From a bacterium (GTDB taxonomy: Bacteria; Patescibacteriota; Dojkabacteria; JAKAPS01; JAJZLI01), in the NCBI GenBank assembly GCA_021785355.1, contig JAJYFR010000006.1:1-58508 (forward strand): 58,508 nt of DNA, given 5' to 3'. Positions 30,055 through 40,808 of this stretch are shown here, in pieces (positions within the stretch are counted from its first letter, which is position 1; every line of letters starts with the position of its first letter). The position numbers and the translations under genes were made by a program. The notes under the pieces are model-generated. The model saw nothing but the letters and a program-made list of their open reading frames with translations, had not been told where the DNA came from and ran no database searches.

Positions 30055-31068
30055 ATGCAAGAAGATAAATATAGGGAGTATAAATCTCAACTTATTTCTT
30101 TTAATCAGAAAATCAAAGATAATCCCCTCTACATTGAAGAGATAAAAGATCAATACAATGAAGCATTAATGTATATTGATGATTATGAAGAATATTTAAA
30201 CATTCAAAATCAAATTGAAGAAAATAAAAAAATTACAGATAAAGATCTTCTTATAATAGTAGAAGAAGATAATAAAATCCTTAAAGAAAAAATAGATTCC
30301 ATTGAAAATAAATATAAAAATTTTGATAAAGATGATTTTAAAAATGTGATAATGGAGATTAGATCTGGAACTGGAGGGAATGAAGCATCTTTATTTACAG
30401 AAGAAATGTATGAAGTTTATAAAAAATATATATCTAATAAAGGTTGGAGGTTAGAAATATTAGATTCCTCTGTTAATGAAAGTGGAGGATTGAAACAAAT
30501 AATATTATCTATTAAAGGTGATATGGTTTATGGTAACCTTAAAACAGAGAGTGGTGTACATAGAGTACAAAGAGTACCTAAAACAGAGAGTTCTGGAAGA
30601 ATACACACTTCGACTATAAGTGTTGTTGTTCTTCCTAATATTAATAAGAAAGATTTTGAAATAAAAGAATCAGATCTAAGATTTGATTATTTTAGAGCTT
30701 CAGGTCCAGGAGGACAGAGTGTAAATAAAACTGAATCAGCAGTAAGGGTAACATATCTCCCAACAGGAATGATTGTAACTTCACAAAATACAAAATCTCA
30801 AATACAAAATAAAGAGAATGCACTTCAAATATTAAGATCCAGATTATATGAAATTCAAAAAGAAGAAGATTTAAAAAAGAATTCTGATCTAAGAAAATCT
30901 CAAATAGCAGGAGCAAAGAGGTCAGAAAAAATTAGAACTTATAATTTTATGCAAGATAGAATTACTGACCACAGGATTAGTAAGAATAGGAATTTTCATA
31001 TAAATGACATTTTCGAAAAAAATCAATTACAAGAATTAATAGATATTATAAAGAATGAAAATTCGTGA
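30055..31068 (+). CDS. prfA: Peptide chain release factor 1
   Basis: ESGVHRVQRVPKTE, GPGGQSVN, KIRTYNF. Confidence 0.96.
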   Translation: MQEDKYREYKSQLISFNQKIKDNPLYIEEIKDQYNEALMYIDDYEEYLNIQNQIEENKKITDKDLLIIVEEDNKILKEKIDSIENKYKNFDKDDFKNVIMEIRSGTGGNEASLFTEEMYEVYKKYISNKGWRLEILDSSVNESGGLKQIILSIKGDMVYGNLKTESGVHRVQRVPKTESSGRIHTSTISVVVLPNINKKDFEIKESDLRFDYFRASGPGGQSVNKTESAVRVTYLPTGMIVTSQNTKSQIQNKENALQILRSRLYEIQKEEDLKKNSDLRKSQIAGAKRSEKIRTYNFMQDRITDHRISKNRNFHINDIFEKNQLQELIDIIKNENS

Positions 31069-31789
31069 TATCCTCAAGTACAATGACTCAGATCTAAATG
31101 AAATATTAAAATTTATTCTAAATTTAGATTTATTAAAAAACTTAGATTATGCACTTTCTATAAAAGAAGAAAGGAAATATAAATTATTAAAAAAAAGATT
31201 AGATAAAAAAGAACCTGTTGAGTATATTACAAAAAAAGTATATTTCCATAAATATGAATTCTTTGTAAATAAGAATGTTTTAATTCCAAGACAAGATACT
31301 CAAAGTATATTACCTTATCTTTTAAAATATAATAGTGTTTTAGATATAGGAACAGGATCAGGGGCAGTTGGTATATCTACAAAAAAAGAGAATCCTAATA
31401 TTTCTGTAACTCTATCAGATATATCTGAGAGAGCTTTATATGTTGCAAAGAAAAATGCTAAAGGATTAGATATAAAAATAGTCAAATCTGACTTAACAAA
31501 AAATATAAATATTAAGAATTTTGAATGTATTTTTGCTAACCTACCTTATATTAAAGATATTGATAAGTTACCTGATTCTGTAAAATTATATGAACCCTTT
31601 ATAGCTTTATATGGAGGATCTAATGGTATTGTTTTAATAAAAAAACTTATAAAAGAACTAAAGGATAAAAAATGGATAGGAGATCTTTATTTAGAACTAG
31701 ACCCATTTCAAATAAAATATATTTCATGTAATAAAGAGATTATTAAAGATCAATATAAAATAGATAGATTTATAAAAATAAAATTTTAA
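31055..31789 (+). CDS. prmC: Release factor glutamine methyltransferase
   Basis: VLIPR, DIGTGSG, ANLPYI; follows prfA. Confidence 0.93.
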   Translation: MKIRDILKYNDSDLNEILKFILNLDLLKNLDYALSIKEERKYKLLKKRLDKKEPVEYITKKVYFHKYEFFVNKNVLIPRQDTQSILPYLLKYNSVLDIGTGSGAVGISTKKENPNISVTLSDISERALYVAKKNAKGLDIKIVKSDLTKNINIKNFECIFANLPYIKDIDKLPDSVKLYEPFIALYGGSNGIVLIKKLIKELKDKKWIGDLYLELDPFQIKYISCNKEIIKDQYKIDRFIKIKF

Positions 31790-32976
31790 TTATATTTTTC
31801 TGCTGCTTGTAACTGATTATCTATACCTTTTAGAAAATCTTTAGAAGAAAATACTACTTTCACATTAGGAATTATAGGATGTTTAGGAGTAATCCATCTT
31901 CCAGAAGGTAATAACCAATGTTTAGTAGTTAATATAAGTAATGATCCATTTGAAAAAGTAGTGACATTCTGAGCTGTTCCTTTTCCATATGTATTTTGCC
32001 CTATAATTGTTGCTCTATGATAATATTGTAGAGCTCCTGAAAAAATTTCTGCAGCAGAAGCTGTTCCTCCATTTACTAATATAATGATTGGTATTTTTTG
32101 AAAATTCCCTTGATAAGAGGTTGTAAAATTTGTAATATTACCATTTCTATCCTCTTGTTTTGCAACTACAGTATTTTGGGGTAAAAAATCTCCAGCAGCA
32201 TAAATAGCAGCATCAAAATATCCTCCTGGATTACCTCTTAGATCAATTATAAGCTTAGTAGGATTCAGAGCTGCAACTTTTTGCATTGCATTATTAAAAC
32301 TATTTTCCCAATCAGTTAAAGATGTATCAGAAAATCTTGTAATTTGTAAATCTACAACACCATTACTTAATTTAGTAATATTTTCACTAGCTATATGAAT
32401 ATTCTTTCTTTGTATTTTTAAAGATTCAATCTTATTCTGTATATTTTTTATTTTTAAATTAACATAAGTTCCAACAACACCTCTAACCTCATTAACAATC
32501 TTATCTATATTAGTTGTTGTATTTCCATTAACTGATAAAATTATGTCCCCTACTGATAGTCCTGCTGATTTTGCTGGAGTATTTGGCAATACTTGTTCAA
32601 CCTCTACTTTCCCTTGAGAATTATAACCTAAAGATACTCCAATACCTGCAAATGTATTTCCTGAAATTGCAGAATAATAAGATTTAGCTTCTTTAGGTGT
32701 AAAAAAAAGTGTATGAATATCTCCTAAAGAATTCACCATTCCTGAAATTGCAGAATAATATAAATTATTATTATTTGTATTTTTGTAATAATATTGTGAT
32801 TTTATTAAAGAAAAAACTTCATTAAATAAATTAGAATTTACGTAACTAGAACTCAGAGCATTACTACTATTATTCCCAGAAGAACCATATTGAGACCCTA
32901 TAAAATACCCTAAAGCTATACATACAGCTATAAGAATAAATAAATTTAAATATTTATTAAAGATGATATTTTTCAT
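31786..32976 (-). CDS. S41 family C-terminal processing peptidase
   Basis: PDZ (FAGIGV), DLRGNPGG, TASAAEIFSGAL, TYGKG. Confidence 0.93.
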   Translation of the reverse strand: MKNIIFNKYLNLFILIAVCIALGYFIGSQYGSSGNNSSNALSSSYVNSNLFNEVFSLIKSQYYYKNTNNNNLYYSAISGMVNSLGDIHTLFFTPKEAKSYYSAISGNTFAGIGVSLGYNSQGKVEVEQVLPNTPAKSAGLSVGDIILSVNGNTTTNIDKIVNEVRGVVGTYVNLKIKNIQNKIESLKIQRKNIHIASENITKLSNGVVDLQITRFSDTSLTDWENSFNNAMQKVAALNPTKLIIDLRGNPGGYFDAAIYAAGDFLPQNTVVAKQEDRNGNITNFTTSYQGNFQKIPIIILVNGGTASAAEIFSGALQYYHRATIIGQNTYGKGTAQNVTTFSNGSLLILTTKHWLLPSGRWITPKHPIIPNVKVVFSSKDFLKGIDNQLQAAEKYN

Positions 32977-33980
32977 TAAGTTTCTATTATACCAACAATT
33001 TCATCTGGATGCACACTCACAGTTTCTCGAGAATCTAAAATAATATTTACCTTAAAATTTTTAGAATCAAAAGAATTCACAATACCCGTTGCACCCCAAT
33101 AAGGATAATTGAAAATCTGTACTTTATCATCTTTTTCAACTTCTTTTATATAGAAATCATTCTCAAAATCTTTTTTTTCATCAACAAAAATTATTAAAGA
33201 TTGATTATATTGATCTATCAGGGAAGGTTTATTATTATATTTTACTAAAGAATAAAAATATGTATTTAGTATCAATCCGAATCCATCAATAATACCTACT
33301 GTTATTGGGATAGAATTTATTAAATCTTCTATATTTTCGTTATTTTTTAATTCAATTCCATTCCCTATAATACCACTAACTCCTATAACTAGAGATTTTT
33401 TAATAATTTCTGATGTAATTAAATTTCCAACATATATTATATTTCCTATACAAGAAGAATTTATATCTTCTAGTTTCAAAAAGCCTTTATCATCACACAA
33501 ATATTTTAAATTAGCATTTATATTTTCTCCAAATATATATTTCAAATCTATTTTTAAAACATTTGTATCTATAACTATCTTAGTTTTATCATGAGATATA
33601 TAAGAAACTTTACCTTTTATATTAGATTTATTAACTACATCTTCAGGAAAAGATCTTACTAATATTACACCAGTATCTACAGAAGATAGATCTATTATTC
33701 CATCTACAGGAGAATATAAATATTTTGATCTTTTCTTCATAACTATATCTCCTTTAGAAACAACCTCTCCTTGGGATACAATGATATATTTTTTGAAATT
33801 TGAAGCAAAATCAGATATATTAATTCTATAAAGCATCTTACTTACATTTCCTTTAGAAATAATGCTATCTTTTTCAACAAAATCATCTACAGATACCATT
33901 AAACGAGTATCTGCGTCTATGAAACGACTATATTTGTAATCTTCTAAATAATTAATTTTTCTTATAAAGTTTATATCCAT
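32976..33980 (-). CDS. Hypothetical protein with a C-terminal KOW-like motif
   Basis: SPVDG repeat-like N-terminus; DKVQIFNYPYWGATGIV. Confidence 0.6.
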   Translation of the reverse strand: MDINFIRKINYLEDYKYSRFIDADTRLMVSVDDFVEKDSIISKGNVSKMLYRINISDFASNFKKYIIVSQGEVVSKGDIVMKKRSKYLYSPVDGIIDLSSVDTGVILVRSFPEDVVNKSNIKGKVSYISHDKTKIVIDTNVLKIDLKYIFGENINANLKYLCDDKGFLKLEDINSSCIGNIIYVGNLITSEIIKKSLVIGVSGIIGNGIELKNNENIEDLINSIPITVGIIDGFGLILNTYFYSLVKYNNKPSLIDQYNQSLIIFVDEKKDFENDFYIKEVEKDDKVQIFNYPYWGATGIVNSFDSKNFKVNIILDSRETVSVHPDEIVGIIET

Positions 33981-33983
33981 ATA

Positions 33984-35108
33984 TTAAAAAATCAAATTTT
34001 GAGAATTCTCTATCCATTCAGCAACACTAAAAGGAGTTATACTAGACCTATCTCTTGTATCTATCATAATATTACTTTTTGATATCATTTCAATCATATC
34101 TTTCTTCTCTCCTATAAAAGACCTCTCCGGAAGATTAATTGTTATATGAGCTTTATCTTTAACAGGAATTGTAATTATATTATTTCTATTAACTTTTATA
34201 TTTTTAATACTTTCATCATCAACAATTTTTACATCAATATCAAGATTCATAGGAGCATTAGTACTGAATCCTACATTAAAGACATCTGATACATGTTTTA
34301 TATTAGAAAATATATATTCATCAGGTAAATGATTTAAAAGAGACATTACATTATTATTATCAATATATACACTTATTATTCCTTCTAAATGTAACCCATA
34401 TAATAGAGAGAATACAGCATAATTAGAATTAGATAGAAATTGATATAGGTCTCCCGTAAGTATAAATATAGGAATACTATCTACCCTATCATAATTAAAA
34501 TTAGACAATAAATTTTTATTTAATAAAGATAGTATTGGCAATGTCATTTCTTCTTTAAAATTAAGAGAGAATCTTGATATAAAGTTATATAAGTTATATT
34601 TTCTTATTTTGCCATTAAGAATAGAAAGATCTGAAAAATCTTTAATTTTAAATAATTGATCATAAAGATAATCAAAACTTGTTATCTGAGAAGAAAAATT
34701 ACTATTACCTGATATAAATATACTATCTCTGGATATATTCAATATAAAAGTAGGTATATTATCAAATTTTTTTGAAAATTCAGAAGATATATTATTAAAA
34801 TAATCTTGATTTAAAACGAAAATAGTACTTGTAATTTCTAAAAAATCTTTTCTAAAAAAATCTAAAGATGTATATAAATCTATTTCTATAGAATTAATAT
34901 CTGTAAATTCATTATATTTATGAATAAAAAAAGATACTATTTTATTCAGATACGAAACTCTATTGAATAAAGGGTTAAAAAATTCTTGTAAAATTGGAAT
35001 CTTTTTTTCTAAAAGTATATCTTGATCAAAAAAAAGAAATCCTTTTATATAAAAATTATCAATTAATAATATAAATTTATATTTATTGGCAGTATCTAAG
35101 TTTTCCAT
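33984..35108 (-). CDS. Hypothetical protein (possibly degenerate GlmL/MutL-like)
   Basis: 374-aa ORF; ILTGD and C-terminal IMIDTR motifs. Confidence 0.5.
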   Translation of the reverse strand: MENLDTANKYKFILLIDNFYIKGFLFFDQDILLEKKIPILQEFFNPLFNRVSYLNKIVSFFIHKYNEFTDINSIEIDLYTSLDFFRKDFLEITSTIFVLNQDYFNNISSEFSKKFDNIPTFILNISRDSIFISGNSNFSSQITSFDYLYDQLFKIKDFSDLSILNGKIRKYNLYNFISRFSLNFKEEMTLPILSLLNKNLLSNFNYDRVDSIPIFILTGDLYQFLSNSNYAVFSLLYGLHLEGIISVYIDNNNVMSLLNHLPDEYIFSNIKHVSDVFNVGFSTNAPMNLDIDVKIVDDESIKNIKVNRNNIITIPVKDKAHITINLPERSFIGEKKDMIEMISKSNIMIDTRDRSSITPFSVAEWIENSQNLIF

Positions 35109-35134
35109 TTTTTAGGGCAGAGAAAGTATATATT

Positions 35135-35386
35135 CTAGTCATTAACAGAAAACGGAAGTAATGACATAATTCTAGCTATTTTTATTGATTTCGTCACCTT
35201 TCGTTGATGTTTACTACAATTTCCACTTCTAAATCTGGATAATATTTTACCTTTTTTAGATATAAATTTTTTTAATCTATATACATCTAAATAAGAAACA
35301 TCATCTACTCCATTAACACATAAAGAACATATCAATCCCTTTCTATTAGTCTTCTTTTTATTCTTCTTTTTTACTACTTGTGCCAT
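35135..35386 (-). CDS. rpsR: 30S ribosomal protein S18
   Basis: CSLC, GKILSR, CSKHQR, ARIMSLLPF. Confidence 0.96.
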   Translation of the reverse strand: MAQVVKKKNKKKTNRKGLICSLCVNGVDDVSYLDVYRLKKFISKKGKILSRFRSGNCSKHQRKVTKSIKIARIMSLLPFSVND

Positions 35387-35399
35387 AATTCTTTATTTT

Positions 35400-35861
35400 T
35401 TAAAAAGGTAAATCGTCAATAGAATCTATTTCATCAATAACATCTTCATTTTTATCAACTTTAGTTTTTTTATTTTTATTCAAGTCCTTATCTTCATCCA
35501 AAGAAGGTATATCTGATTCTGATTTTGCAAGAGGTGATAGTATAACCATATTATCTGCCCTTATTTCTGTTTTATTATAATTAACTCCTTCTTTTTCCCA
35601 CTTTCTATTTCTAATCTCCCCTTCTATATAAACTTTCATTCCTGTTTTTAAAAGCTGAGAACATATTTCTGCAAGTTTATTCCAAGCAACAATATTATGA
35701 AATTCTGCAATTTCTTGACTATTTCCTTCTGAATCTTTCCAACTACTATTAGTAGCAATTGAAAAACTACAGACTGCATTTCCTTTAGGAGTATATCTTA
35801 GTTCAGGATCTCTAGTTAGATTTCCGATTAAAAGAGCTTTATTTAATGATCTAGATGACAT
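35400..35861 (-). CDS. ssb: Single-stranded DNA-binding protein
   Basis: LIGNLTRDPELRYTP; acidic DDLPF tail. Confidence 0.98.
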   Translation of the reverse strand: MSSRSLNKALLIGNLTRDPELRYTPKGNAVCSFSIATNSSWKDSEGNSQEIAEFHNIVAWNKLAEICSQLLKTGMKVYIEGEIRNRKWEKEGVNYNKTEIRADNMVILSPLAKSESDIPSLDEDKDLNKNKKTKVDKNEDVIDEIDSIDDLPF

Positions 35862-35881
35862 AATATATAAAATTAACTAAA

Positions 35882-36217
35882 TTAAACATTTTTTTGTATT
35901 TTTACTGTACTAAATTTTTTAACAGAAAATATTCCAAATCTTATTATTTCAGATACTACTCTTGCTGATTTTATTAATTTATCAACATTATCTGCCACAA
36001 AATTCTCACCAGCTTCAAGATTATATAAAATATAATAACCTTCTTTATGTTTTTTTATAACATAAGATAGATATCTTTTTCCCCAAACATCTTGGTTAAC
36101 AACTTTTAGATCTAAATCTTTCATTAGCCCTTCAATTTTATCTAACACAGCAACACGAACATTCTCTGGTAAAGAAGGTTTAAGTGTCAACATAAATTCG
36201 TATTTTTTACTCTTCAT
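35882..36217 (-). CDS. rpsF: 30S ribosomal protein S6
   Basis: KYEFML, WGKRYLSYVIKK, EGYY; rpsF-ssb-rpsR synteny. Confidence 0.95.
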   Translation of the reverse strand: MKSKKYEFMLTLKPSLPENVRVAVLDKIEGLMKDLDLKVVNQDVWGKRYLSYVIKKHKEGYYILYNLEAGENFVADNVDKLIKSARVVSEIIRFGIFSVKKFSTVKIQKNV

Positions 36218-36272
36218 ATAGTTACAATATTACAACAAGAATATAACATAATGATGAACATTTATCAATATA

Positions 36273-36632
36273 TTAATAAATAATGGATTTTAGCACATCT
36301 TTATATTTAGAAGAAATATGAAGAGTTTCTATATTTATTTTCTTTAAAACCAAATCATTAGAAATTTCCATTAGCATATCTTCTCTAACATTCGCTTTCT
36401 TTAAAATATTAACTACCTGATCCCTTAGAGTGATATATTTTTTAATATTCCTGAATCTATATAAAATAGACGTGAAATAAACTGAAAGAATACTAAGAGG
36501 TATAAAAAAAAGTGAAAAAAAATAAAAATTTCCCACAGTTATATTACTATAAGAAAAATACATTAAAGGTATTGCTATTAAAAAAATAAGAACACCTATA
36601 ATAAAGTCTACTTTATAGTTATTCTCTCTCAT
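36273..36632 (-). CDS. Small membrane protein
   Basis: Two TM segments; overlaps the upstream gene. Confidence 0.65.
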   Translation of the reverse strand: MRENNYKVDFIIGVLIFLIAIPLMYFSYSNITVGNFYFFSLFFIPLSILSVYFTSILYRFRNIKKYITLRDQVVNILKKANVREDMLMEISNDLVLKKINIETLHISSKYKDVLKSIIY

Positions 36633-37557
36633 AATATCTTTTCCAAATTACTTTATACAAAGGTATGTAATAAGGTATTTTATTAATTATAGGTATAAAT
36701 GGAGCAAAAATAAGAAGAGTCATAACCAAACCAAATGTAGCAAAAGCCATCAAATCACCTGAAGCTGTAGTTGAATATGGAGGAATCTGGTATAAAAATG
36801 TATATATGCCTAACCACCAAGGACCAGGATAATTCCCTTCTTCTTTTAATATACCCCACTGATTTCCTAGCATAGAATATTTATTTGCTACATTACGAAG
36901 AGGTGTTCCTTGTAAAAACAATAAAGAATTTTGATAATTGTATGTGTAAGTACTATTATTTCCAGGTAAATTATTATTTAAAACATTTTCTAAAATACCA
37001 CTTTTCCCCATTCTAAGAAGATAAGTAATCATTTGAGGTATAGGACCATACACTCCTTTCTTAACAACAATTTTACCTCTTCTATATTTAGCATTATTTA
37101 ATGCATTATAATAATTGTTTTCCATTTTTGTTAATAAAGATGAGTTATTCTTCTTTAAATAAAAATACTGATTCATAATTTTAGACAAAGAAGGATCTAC
37201 TTTGGATTCTATTTTCAGAGGATTTTCAACAAATGTTTTGATAGAATTTACAGGGACATCTACCCCCTCTATTCCCTCAGGAGAAATAAAACCAATACTT
37301 TGTACTTGTCCTTGAGAACTATTATTATAAGGAGGTCCATATGTTGCTATTGCACTTAAACCCAGTATATTTCTCATTTCAACTTGAGCAAATTCTACTG
37401 GATTCTGATTTGCAAATTGCTTTATTGAATAAGGTTTCATTTGAGGAGATTTAAAAAATATAGCAAACAAAATTATAACTATAATTACGCCCAAAAAAGC
37501 ATAAATAAATTCCTTTACTAAATCAGATTCTTTTTGTTTGTATTTAGATTCATCCAT
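36619..37557 (-). CDS. Cytochrome b-associated membrane protein
   Basis: DLVKEF-TM, ATYGPPYN, GNQWGI..EEGNYPGPWWL, YQIPP, APFIP; translationally coupled to cytochrome b. Confidence 0.7.
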   Translation of the reverse strand: MDESKYKQKESDLVKEFIYAFLGVIIVIILFAIFFKSPQMKPYSIKQFANQNPVEFAQVEMRNILGLSAIATYGPPYNNSSQGQVQSIGFISPEGIEGVDVPVNSIKTFVENPLKIESKVDPSLSKIMNQYFYLKKNNSSLLTKMENNYYNALNNAKYRRGKIVVKKGVYGPIPQMITYLLRMGKSGILENVLNNNLPGNNSTYTYNYQNSLLFLQGTPLRNVANKYSMLGNQWGILKEEGNYPGPWWLGIYTFLYQIPPYSTTASGDLMAFATFGLVMTLLIFAPFIPIINKIPYYIPLYKVIWKRYYERE

Positions 37558-38152
37558 TTGTTTTTTCTATTTCAATAGGAGGAACAACTCCCTTTTTTCT
37601 AACTATATAAAGATGTAGTGATAATATTAAAATTATAACAATAGGCAATATTATTGTATGAAAACCATATAATTGAGAATTATCTAATATATTAATAAAT
37701 CTAGACAGTCCTATTGCATTCATGGCATCTTTTGCTTGAACTTGATTCCATTGAGCAAAAAATCCACCTCCGATTAAAAATCCAAAGAAAGCTTCAAACA
37801 TAGATATAGCAAATAATAATGAGCCTAGAATCCAAGTAATTATTCTACCTTCTCTCCATCCTGCCATGAAGAATACAGACAATATATGTATAAATAAGAA
37901 AAAAAAGAAAAACTGAGCCCCCCAAAAATGTACTGACCTAAAGAACAAACCTAACGATGAATATTGATACCACAAAGGACCTTCTATAACCATAACTATT
38001 CCTGAAAGAATAATTATAGCCAAACTTGCCATTGTAAGAACCCCAAACATATATAAAAAAGAAGATACATATACAGGCAATGTATCTGGAAGCAATATAT
38101 CTGGATCTAAATCTTTTTTTATTATATTTTTTAATATTTTAGTTATGTTCAT
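37550..38152 (-). CDS. Cytochrome b/b6 N-terminal domain protein
   Basis: RSVHFWGA...FIHI and YGFH...SLHL give four heme-ligand His; ITWILG. Confidence 0.88.
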   Translation of the reverse strand: MNITKILKNIIKKDLDPDILLPDTLPVYVSSFLYMFGVLTMASLAIIILSGIVMVIEGPLWYQYSSLGLFFRSVHFWGAQFFFFFLFIHILSVFFMAGWREGRIITWILGSLLFAISMFEAFFGFLIGGGFFAQWNQVQAKDAMNAIGLSRFINILDNSQLYGFHTIILPIVIILILSLHLYIVRKKGVVPPIEIEKTNG

Positions 38153-38270
38153 CTTTTTTATTTCTTTTTTTACTTGAAAAATTTGGATAAGGAAAAAATA
38201 AAGCTACACAAAAAACAAGAGGTATTAGCAAATATATAAGAATATCTATATAAAAAGAATTTGTCATCAT
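38139..38270 (-). CDS. Small single-TM protein leading the cytochrome b cluster (not in ORF track)
   Basis: MMTNSFYIDILIYLLIPLVFCVALFFPYPNFSSKKRNKKDEHN, 43 aa; overlaps the cytochrome b start. Confidence 0.6.
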   Translation of the reverse strand: MMTNSFYIDILIYLLIPLVFCVALFFPYPNFSSKKRNKKDEHN

Positions 38271-38300
38271 ATATCTAAGGTTTAACATATTTTAAAAAAA

Positions 38301-38906
38301 ATGTTAATATCTATAATTATAATGTTTACAAATATGGAAAATATAAATATTTATTTATTTAGAATTATTAATAATTTAGCAACAAATCAATATATAAATT
38401 TATTCTTCTCTTTATCAGCTCAATATTTAATATTTTTATATCTATTATTTATTATATTTATTTGGTTCTATAAAAAACAAATAAACAAGAAATTAGACAA
38501 TAAAAGAATTTTTATCCTGTCTGTACTTTCATCTATACTATCTCTTATAATAAATAAAGTTTTAGGATATATATATTATGAAAAAAGACCTTTTGTATCA
38601 CTAAAGCATGTTAATCTTTTATTTAAATATACACCTAACAATTCTTTTCCATCTGACCATATGGCTGTAGTTTCATCCATTGCAGTAATGATATATATAT
38701 ATAATAAAAAATTAGGAATATTCTTACTTGTAATATCTTTACTCATAGGTTTTTCTAGAGTCTTTTCTGGGGTACATTTTCCTATAGATATAATTGTAGG
38801 ATTTTTATCTGCATTAATATCCGCATTAATTGTATATGGATATAGAGAAAAATTAAACTTCTTAACAGAATTTCTTATGAAAATTAGTATAAAATTACAT
38901 TTATAA
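38301..38906 (+). CDS. PAP2-family undecaprenyl-diphosphatase (BcrC-like)
   Basis: KRPF, SFPSDH, SRVFSGVHFPIDI. Confidence 0.9.
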   Translation: MLISIIIMFTNMENINIYLFRIINNLATNQYINLFFSLSAQYLIFLYLLFIIFIWFYKKQINKKLDNKRIFILSVLSSILSLIINKVLGYIYYEKRPFVSLKHVNLLFKYTPNNSFPSDHMAVVSSIAVMIYIYNKKLGIFLLVISLLIGFSRVFSGVHFPIDIIVGFLSALISALIVYGYREKLNFLTEFLMKISIKLHL

Positions 38907-39231
38907 GATCTTTTAGTCATGCGTAAGCCGAATTCTGTTTTATGTGTCCATCTATCTTGAATAAATATTTCTATTTATTTCTTTGCGTTTTTAACTTGCT
39001 GGAGGTGGAGGTTACAATGCCATAGTAAATCACTTTCTATGCGGTAGTCTCTTACACTACCTTTTCACCCTTACTCTAAAAAAGAGCGGTATACTTTCTG
39101 TTGCCCTAATCTAAAGATTACTCCTTACTATCAGTTAAATAGCACCCACTTCATTAAAATAATGCCAGTTCGGACTTTCCTCACATCTATATAAATATAG
39201 AAAGCGTAGACACATACATAACTAAAAGATC
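38907..39231 (-). ncRNA. rnpB: RNase P RNA
   Basis: Minus strand GAGGAAAGTCCG near the 5' end and ACAGAATTCGGCTTA near the 3' end; termini pair as P1. Confidence 0.93.
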
Positions 39232-39238
39232 ATTCTTA

Positions 39239-39472
39239 TTATAACAAAATTCTGTTTATATGAAAGAATGCTCTTAATGAGTAATCAAATGGGAAATTAG
39301 ATACATATATAGATACTATAATAATAAATATTATAGCAATTAAAATATAAGAAAAACTCCAAATTAAAGATTTTTTTACATATAAATAATCTTTTTCTTC
39401 ATTACTACTTTTGCCTTTACTTTGAGATTTTAGAACTTCTATCTCTTGTCGAAGATTTCTTTTTTTAGCCAT
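39239..39472 (-). CDS. Small membrane protein
   Basis: Basic N-terminus plus one TM segment. Confidence 0.6.
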   Translation of the reverse strand: MAKKRNLRQEIEVLKSQSKGKSSNEEKDYLYVKKSLIWSFSYILIAIIFIIIVSIYVSNFPFDYSLRAFFHINRILL

Positions 39473-39547
39473 AATATTGTTAAGTTAAAACAAATATATT
39501 ATACTAAAAAATATCAGTTTATTACAAGAAATATTTATTAAATAGAT

Positions 39548-40804
39548 ATGCAAGAAGTTAATTTTGATTCTAAAGAACTTATAGAATCAGAGATAAATAA
39601 CAAAAAGAAATTTAAAAAATTAAGAAATTGGTATTCATCTCTGTCTCAAAACCAAAAATATACATTATGGTTTAGTTCTATAATTATATTAATAATACTT
39701 ATAGGAATTATTTCATTCTTAGTGATAATACTAAGGCCTAATTCTGCTATTAATGCTAGTAATACAAGTATTAAAACCACACCCCTTTATACTAAAGTAA
39801 AACTTCCTCCACAAAAAAAATATACTGATCCTTTAGATGGAGTACAATTAAATAGTCAAACAAATTTAAATAGGCCCGCTTTAGCTGTTATGATAGAAAA
39901 TTCTATTACAGCAAGACCTCAAAGTGGACTTAATAGTGCAGATTTAGTATATGAAGCTCAAGTTGAGGGTTCTATTACAAGATTTATGGCAGTATTTTTA
40001 GCTAATACACCAAGTATGATAGGTCCAATAAGAAGTGCAAGGTTATATTATATTTCTTGGGCACAAGGATTAGGTGCTTTATATACTCATTGGGGTGGAA
40101 ATATATATGCATTAGAGAAGTTAAAAACTGATAATATTCCAAATATTGATGCAATATTCACTCCAGGATCTGACCAGACATGCTCTAATTCTGTATCTAT
40201 AGTATTTTGTAGACTAGATACTCGTTATGCTCCTCATAATGGATATGGAAATACTCAAAATATTTGGAATTTGGGTCAACAACAAGGATTATTTTCAAAC
40301 CTAACACTAGGTAAAAATATTACACCTTATCAATTTTCTAATACACCTAAAACAAAAGATTTGGGGAAAAGTGGATCTAGTATAAATATATTCTTTGATC
40401 AGGGAGTTATTCCTTATGATGTATCTTGGATATATAACCAGAGTACAAATTCATATACAAGATACAATGGTGGATCTAAACAGTATGATGCATTAACAAA
40501 CCAACCTTTGACAGCTAAAAATGTAGTAGTTCTATATGTAAATGGACATACTACAAGTTACCCAGGTGAAGGAACTACAGAAGCTGCTGCTCCTATATGG
40601 ATATTAAATACTGTTGGGTCAGGAAATGCTTATATATTTGAAAATGGGCAAGAAATACAAGCTACTTGGAATAAATCATCAGATAATTCAAGAATGATGT
40701 TTACAACTCAATCAGGATCTCCTGTGACATTTCAAAGAGGAGAAATTTGGTTCGAAGTTATAGAACCTCAAACAGGATCATTTACTTATACACCAGCAAC
40801 ATAA
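39548..40804 (+). CDS. DUF3048 (YerB-like) membrane-anchored protein
   Basis: RPALAVMIEN, ARPQSGL..ADLVYEAQVEGSITR, GPIRSAR, RYAPHN. Confidence 0.9.
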   Translation: MQEVNFDSKELIESEINNKKKFKKLRNWYSSLSQNQKYTLWFSSIIILIILIGIISFLVIILRPNSAINASNTSIKTTPLYTKVKLPPQKKYTDPLDGVQLNSQTNLNRPALAVMIENSITARPQSGLNSADLVYEAQVEGSITRFMAVFLANTPSMIGPIRSARLYYISWAQGLGALYTHWGGNIYALEKLKTDNIPNIDAIFTPGSDQTCSNSVSIVFCRLDTRYAPHNGYGNTQNIWNLGQQQGLFSNLTLGKNITPYQFSNTPKTKDLGKSGSSINIFFDQGVIPYDVSWIYNQSTNSYTRYNGGSKQYDALTNQPLTAKNVVVLYVNGHTTSYPGEGTTEAAAPIWILNTVGSGNAYIFENGQEIQATWNKSSDNSRMMFTTQSGSPVTFQRGEIWFEVIEPQTGSFTYTPAT

Positions 40805-40808
40805 AATC

